From positions 22,816,001 through 22,880,000 of the forward strand of contig OZ024749.1 of assembly GCA_964016885.1 (NCBI GenBank): 64,000 bases of DNA. Direction: 5' to 3'. Below are positions 57,183-64,000 of the stretch, piece after piece (within the stretch, counting starts at the first letter, position 1; every line of letters starts with the position of its first letter). Below the pieces are notes generated by a model. It searched no databases, had not been told where the DNA came from, and saw nothing but the letters and a program-made list of their open reading frames with translations. The translations under genes were made by a program, and so were the position numbers. Origin of the DNA: Eledone cirrhosa. Lineage: Eukaryota.

Positions 57183-57801
57183 AATCGCTCTCCATGACTG
57201 AATACAATAAATGTAATCTGAGCTTTTCGAATAGTAATAAAGATATTCGATTCGTTCGCAATTATGCACACAGCCTGTTTAAAAGTCATGTCAGTAGAAT
57301 GAGTCCCTCATTCTTGCTCTTGCGTTGGCATGTAAACAGAACCGCAGACACTAACGTTTCTGGGTGATTACCCTTCATCAGTACACTATACTGCTTACTT
57401 GCCCACTGTCAGAATTAGTGAAAATATATGATATTTTCTAAAATATACAGTGACTGATCAGCCTGATTTGCATATCAGTAGACTGCCTGATCAGTCAGAT
57501 ATGCATATTAGCGAACCCACTGATCAGCGAGATTTGCATATTAGCAGATATGCCAATCAGTCTCATGTATACGAGCGATTGATCGCCGGCTTTGCCATAT
57601 TCAAATAACTAACAAATAATGTATCGCTCTACATGGCTGAATACAATAAATGTAAATCTGAAACATTAGTGTCTGCAGTTCTGTTTACATTTCCAATACA
57701 AGAGCAAGAATGACAGGGTTATTCTACATGGCTTGAAAAGAGACTGTTTGCATAATTGCAAACACATGGAATATTATTATTAATATTCGAAACACTCAGA
57801 T
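57183..57801 (-). mobile_element. Hammerhead-like element with terminal direct repeat and appended inverted arm
   Basis: Direct repeat 57185-57220 / 57624-57660; 57660-57801 is inverted to 57217-57360. Core CTGATGA-agggt/accc-GAAA-cg-TT at ~57353-57381(-) with poor stem I. Third copy 58239-58410. Confidence 0.6.
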
Positions 57802-57956
57802 ACGCTCCATCATCCACTTTTCTAAAATAATAAATCATACACAAAACGCCAGCACCAACAGTTTTGCAAGAGATGTCAACATGAATGGACATGCTATTTT
57901 TATCTAAAGATATTTATTCCAATTCCAACCCGCAGTCTATCTTATTTCTCATTCTT

Positions 57957-57992
57957 TCTTCTGATGAAGGAATAGCGTCCGAAACGTTAAGA
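57957..57992 (+). ncRNA. Minimal hammerhead ribozyme
   Basis: tctt-CTGATGA-a gga(atagcg)tcc-GAAA-cg-TT-aaga. Confidence 0.78.
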
Positions 57993-58094
57993 CCCTCTTC
58001 CTCCTATATCAAGCGTTAACCTAATATATCCCTTCCATATACTGTGTTGTTATTTCTGTGTTGTTATTTCTGTTTAATTTTACACACACACACT

Positions 58095-58156
<62 letters not shown>

Positions 58157-59200
58157 GTATTATATATACACACACTATCATCATGATCATCAGCGTTTAA
58201 AATCTATTTTCCACGCTAGTAACAAACAAGTAGTTTATCACTCTACATGGCTCAATACAATAAATGTAATCTGAGTTTTTCGAATATTAATAATAATATT
58301 CAATTCGTTTGCAATTATGCAAATATCCTCTTTAAAAACCCATATCTTTAGAATGTCCCCTTCATTCTTCCTGTTGCTGTGGCATATAAAGAGAACTGGT
58401 GACACTAATGATACATTTTTATTGACCTCGAATGGATGAGATTTGAACTGACAGTTCAGTGAGCCGCCGTAACAAATCCCGTAGAGCCCTGATATGCCAT
58501 GTTGTAACGACTGTGCCATCTCACCGTGGATATATCTCTGAATTTATTAACTAATAAATCCTTTACATTGAAATAATAACGATGTATTGAAACTCTCATA
58601 TACGAATACAAGTTATTTAGCATTTAATAAAAGGATATACTTTCTACATAGTCATATGGTGCCTTTGTGTAATCTTAAAGAATAAACATTTTTTTTCCTC
58701 AGACTATAAATAATATATCTTATATATATATATATAATTTAACATTCAACTTCCTGCCTAAATATACAGAAAAAATGACATAAATTAAAGGGTTAAATAA
58801 TACAACATTGCAAACATTATGCACAGTAACAATGATAAGAAAAATAATAAATATCAGTAAAAAACAAGGCATAAAATATGGTAACGTTTACACACATACA
58901 CATACATATAAATATATATATGTATGTACATATCAACATACCTAAATACAACATACCTATATACATATATACACGCACAGAAACGTTTGAGAAGATAAAC
59001 AGTGCACACGCCCATACTTACAACACCATATATCATGCCAAATATTCACACACACACGCACACACACACATATATATACATACATATATATATTTATACA
59101 CATATATATATATGTATATATATGAATGTATATATTTATTTATATGTATATATATATAAATATTTATATATAAATATATATGTCTCTCTCTCTCTCTCCG

Positions 59201-59248
<48 letters not shown>

Positions 59249-59978
59249 CGCATATATGTATGTGTATAGGCGTGTATATATCCAACTAAAATGTCTGACC
59301 TATCGATTCTAGCTTAATTATACTTTCAAATCACCAATGTCGGACTGTAAATTACATATAATATATCGCATCTATTTTTTGCTGACTTCTTGAGCTATTC
59401 TTTTTAAAAAAAATCTTACACCGTGTGTGAGAGTGTGTGTGTATGGCAGGGAGAGTGTGTTTACGTGTGTGCCTGTGTATTGTTTTTTGTCTATATATGT
59501 GTGTGTTTGTTAGTTATCTGCATGTGTGAGTAAATGTCTACCTGTGTGTATGGGATGAAGAGTGTGTTTATATGTGTGTCTGTGTATTGTTTTATGTCTA
59601 TGTGTGTATGTGTTTGTTTGTTATGTGCATCTGTGAGTTAGTGTCTACCTGTGTGTATGGTGTGTGTATATGTATGTTTTTAATGGAAAGTGAAATAGAG
59701 AGAGAGAGAAGGGGAGAGAGAGGGGGAGAGAGGAGGGAGAGAAAGAGAGAGAGGTGGAAATAAAGGGAGTGATGGCTTGCATGTGTGTGTATGTATATCT
59801 TCATATGTGTTCTGTGTGCGTATGAGCGAGATCGTTTGCGTTTGTGTGTGTGTGTCTGTGTGTACGTGTGTGTATGTGTGTGTGTGTGTGTGTGTACGTG
59901 TGTCTAAAATAGAAAAAGCTTACGTGTATGTCATATGTGTGTGAGAAAGGGAGAGTGAGACTATATGTGAACGTGATA

Positions 59979-60030
<52 letters not shown>

Positions 60031-60063
60031 GAGAGACAGAGAAAGAGAGAGAGAGAGAGAGAC

Positions 60064-60163
<100 letters not shown>

Positions 60164-63041
60164 TGTGTGTGTGTGTGTGTTTGTAAGTGTGTTTTGTATG
60201 AGTAGATCCGTATGGAAGAGAATTTGTGTTTCGGAGACAAGATGAAGGCAATGTATGTTTGTAAATGATAGAGGTTGCGTGTAAAAGCGGGAGTGTGTTC
60301 ATAAGGGAGGAACAGAGTGATTGATAGATTGGGGGGAGGGGGTGATAGGGTCGAGATAGGGGAGATCATGTGTCCGACGTAATTGTAATGTCTGTCTCTA
60401 TTTAAATATATTTTTATGTGTATGGATTAATTTTATTTAAATTTTATACACTCCTTTTAATATGTATGTATACATATTTATGTTACCAGATATACATAAA
60501 TCCATTTATATAATATACATACATTCACATATACAAACATTGTTTTTTTTAATTCACTAAATAAACCTATATAAATGTGTGTGTGTGTGTGTGTGTGTGT
60601 GTAGTTTGTGTGTATGTATGTGTGTATTCTTGTATATGTGTGTGTACAGTTATGTTTTGTGTATTCTGAAAAAAAAAAGATAAAAATATCAATTGTAGAA
60701 GCGTGTTTTTTTGGAATTTGATTTATGTCCTCTTTAAGAGAAAACATATTATCAGGCCGAAAATTACAATTACAAAAAATAAAAATAAATAACAAATAAA
60801 TAAACAAAATACGATAATCACAAAAAAATAACTAAGAAACTAGCATAAATGAAAAAACATAAATGAAAACCAATTACTTAAATGCAAGTTTAAAGTAAGT
60901 TTTTTATTTACTGTTGTTGTTTTCATTTTTGTTGTTTTTGTTATGTTGTTAAGGTGATGGACTCGTATGTCATAGGATCAAACTCCATTACATTCGCCAT
61001 ATTGGTATACAGATTTCTTACAAACTTCATTTACATATGCCTTAACCCTTCCAAGCTGTTTCCTGTGTTCTATTTTTATTTTTCAACTTGCAAAGAGCTT
61101 AACAATTTGATTACCTCATATTTAATTAATGAAAGATGCTATATTATAAAATACTAGCAGAAAACCACCCTTCGGGTAGTTTTCTGCTAGCATGTGTAGT
61201 GTGTATATTGATATTATACGCAAATATATATGCATGTAGATATGATACATCAAATAAAATCGTAATTGATAATAACTATAGAAACTGAATAGAATCTGTG
61301 TTACACTGTCTTCTGCAATAAGTAAAGTAATACATGATACATTTAAAAAAGACGGTATTATATATAAACTGCATTAGGAGAAAATTAGTGACGGAAATAT
61401 ATACGATGTTTAATCAATTTTCCCCTCTCCTTAAGATTTACTGACCTTGTGTCTAAATGATAATCCTTTATTTGTAGAATCTAGCTCTACCTGCAATCCT
61501 AGTCATAGCCATTCTATCATATAACATATTTTTCACGTTTATAGACGGCTTACTGTGGCTTGAAGGAGATTTGGTTGCCATTTCTAGCAAGTAGGCGCAT
61601 TGTTATTGCTAATAGTTCGTTGCTGTTATTGTCGTTGTTATTATTTACAGGCGGTAGAATGCTTTGTCGTTGTTATTGTTGTTGTTATTGGTGGTGTTCT
61701 GTCCAATGTGAGCCCTGATTGAACAGACCTATGATCAAATCATTTCCACCAGTGACAACCCCACACCTGTTTGTTTTTATTTGATCTTTGTTTGTTTTTT
61801 GTGTGAGTCGTTCAATATAAAATTAATACATGTTTCATTATAAGATAATAAAAACAACATAAATAACAACAACAATGAAATCAACAACAATTACAGCAAC
61901 AACAATAACTATTTTACAAGTGATACTACCGTCATTAATTTAGAACAAATTACATTATTCTCGCTGAAATATCGTATTTATGTATTAGCATTAACACGAG
62001 AGCAAGTAATTTGGCCATGTTTCACAACAACCTAATAGAGTTTAGAGGTTAGAAGCAGCATAAATATAAGTTTGTAAAGTTCAGCATTAACTTCAGAATG
62101 ATAATGATACGATCCTCCGTAGGTTGCGGCGATGAGCATTCGATTTTTCGATCAGCTGTACGTCCAGTTTGTGGTTTAACTCTCTTACTAAAATAAACAA
62201 CTCAACTTCTTCGAGTGGGCCCTGAAAAGTGATCACTGTTTTCTGATATCGATTAGCGAACAACAGCAATCTAAGACCAACTCATGCAAGAAGAAGAAAA
62301 AGAAGACCTATTGCCATGGCAACTGATCACTGGTTTCAGATATCAATCAGGCGAATAACAACCACATGAGACAAACTTATATGCAAAAAGAAAACCTACC
62401 GCCTTGTAAACTGAGCACTGATCTCTGTATTATCGATCAGGCAGACACCATCATCCTGAGACTGATTCATACGCAAGAAGAAGAACGTCTACTCAGTTTA
62501 AAACGATATGGTGTTATTTGAGAAGAATGAGTTCAAATGCCGCCGAGGTTAACTTTGCCTTTCATCCTTACGGGGTCGATAAAATAAAGTACCAGTAATG
62601 CACTGGGGTAATTGCTGGCGGCTCTTTGTCAAAAGTAAAAACAATTATCATTATCTCGAGGAGATTCGAAATAATGAGAACATTGGTTATATTATTAAAT
62701 GCTTCAGAATCCACGATCATTTTCAAATTTGTTTACAAATCATAGCGTTTTACATTAGAAATATGGCAACGAAATGGTTACGGTATTTAGATTTGTCTAA
62801 AAATATCAGTTTTATGTAAGCACATTTGGTAAGTTATGTTCCAAACACCAGTTTAATAATGAAAAGGTTATATTATTGATATTTTTCAAAACTACTTGAA
62901 AATCATTAGCTCTGTCTTTTATTAACGAGGAAGTGTGTATGTGTGTGTGCGCGCGCGCGCGTGTGTGTGTGTGTGTATGTATGTGTGTGGTTGAGTGGGT
63001 GTGTGCGTGTGTGTGTATGTGTGTGTGTGTATGTGTGTGAA

Positions 63042-63127
<86 letters not shown>

Positions 63128-63304
63128 TTGACGCCAGTATTTGACTGGTACTTCATTTATCGACATCGAAAGGATTATAGCATTTTTAAACGCAATGGCA
63201 TTTGAACTCAGAACGCAATGATTCGGAGCAAATACTGAGGAATTTCTTTAACCGTTCGTCCTTACGGATCTTCTAATTCACCGTATATTAGATAGCGCAA
63301 TACC

Positions 63305-63820
63305 CGGCTGAGGACATAGCATATGAGAATGCTTAAGACGTTCGTTTCACACTCGTTAGGTTCAGTGTTCGATTCTACAACGTGGAATTTCAGGCAAGTG
63401 TCATTTGTATTAGCATCATGTCGACCCATACATTGAAAGAGAAACTAAGTAGACAGAAACTGTGTGGCTGTCCGTCGGATGGACTATAACTTTAACACAA
63501 AGGACCGGCCTTACTATATACTGCGTCACATGTAATCTCCCTGAGAATTACATTCAAGCTTTCACGTGTCAATGGAAACTTCACCCATGCTTTGAAAGAG
63601 AAACTAGGTAGACAGAAACTGTGTGGATACCTATCAGATGGACTGTAACTTTAACACAAAGGCCCGGCCTTATTATATTTTGCATGACATCTAATCTCCC
63701 TGATAATTACTTTAAAGCTTCCACGTGTAAACGGAAGGTTGAGCCGTTAATTCCATTAGCGGCTCTTCGGTTGATCTACTAATTGGAACAAACATCGCTA
63801 AAACCGACGTAGACCCATTC
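63305..63820 (+). mobile_element. Degenerate SINE of another family with internal ~160-bp duplication
   Basis: tRNA-like head (gttcgattc). ttgaaagagaaacta.gtagacagaaactgtgtgg...ctccctga.aattac repeated at 63433 and 63592. Confidence 0.5.
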
Positions 63821-64000
63821 CATTCCTTCCCATTCCTTACTATACTCAGTAGTAAAGATCGATGAAAGAGGAAAGCAACACAGTCGATGTAATAATATAT
63901 GGTGGACATCAATTCTCACTATTTCGATTATGTCAAATATGTTATAATGATTTTTCCCCTTTGATTAGCTATTCCCCTAAGACTCTGTGTATTGGGCTAA

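Noticed and set aside
61154-61190. ctagcagaaaac...gttttctgctag palindrome as a Helitron 3' end
   Set aside because: No matching 5' TC terminus could be assigned.

Overview
AT-rich eukaryotic (animal) non-genic DNA saturated with (TA)n, (CA)n, (GA)n, (GATA)n and (TAA)n microsatellites. The repeat make-up suggests a mollusc, probably a coleoid cephalopod (inference only). I found no host protein-coding gene; nearly all ORF-track entries are microsatellite artefacts. The real coding sequence belongs to retroelements: (1) a near-complete, disrupted Penelope-like element (RT + GIY-YIG) between ~1-kb inverted pseudo-LTRs at 4532-8990; (2) a young 5'-truncated Tx1/L1-clade LINE with a 15-bp TSD at the edge of a (GATA)n tract (28642-31355, minus); (3) a stack of R4/Dong-clade LINE pieces inside a (TAA)n tract (38512-41372). 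There are also tRNA-derived SINEs, a non-autonomous Helitron, two MITEs and RTE-related fragments. The most striking signal is non-coding. Reading by eye gave about 30 minimal type-I hammerhead ribozyme motifs, about 16 with an intact CTGANGA/GAAA/TH core and nearly all with a short palindromic stem III. They come from roughly a dozen sequence families and sit mostly in short elements inside (TA)n: fold-back palindromes, ~523-bp and ~537-bp tandem retrozyme-like arrays, and 1.1-mer units with terminal direct repeats. Junctions point to a fixed internal second priming site, a shared GAGTRCT 3'-tail motif, U3-A8 core variants and inverted duplication of flanking DNA. Coordinates were read by eye and may be off by a few bases. 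No database searches or folding computations were run.
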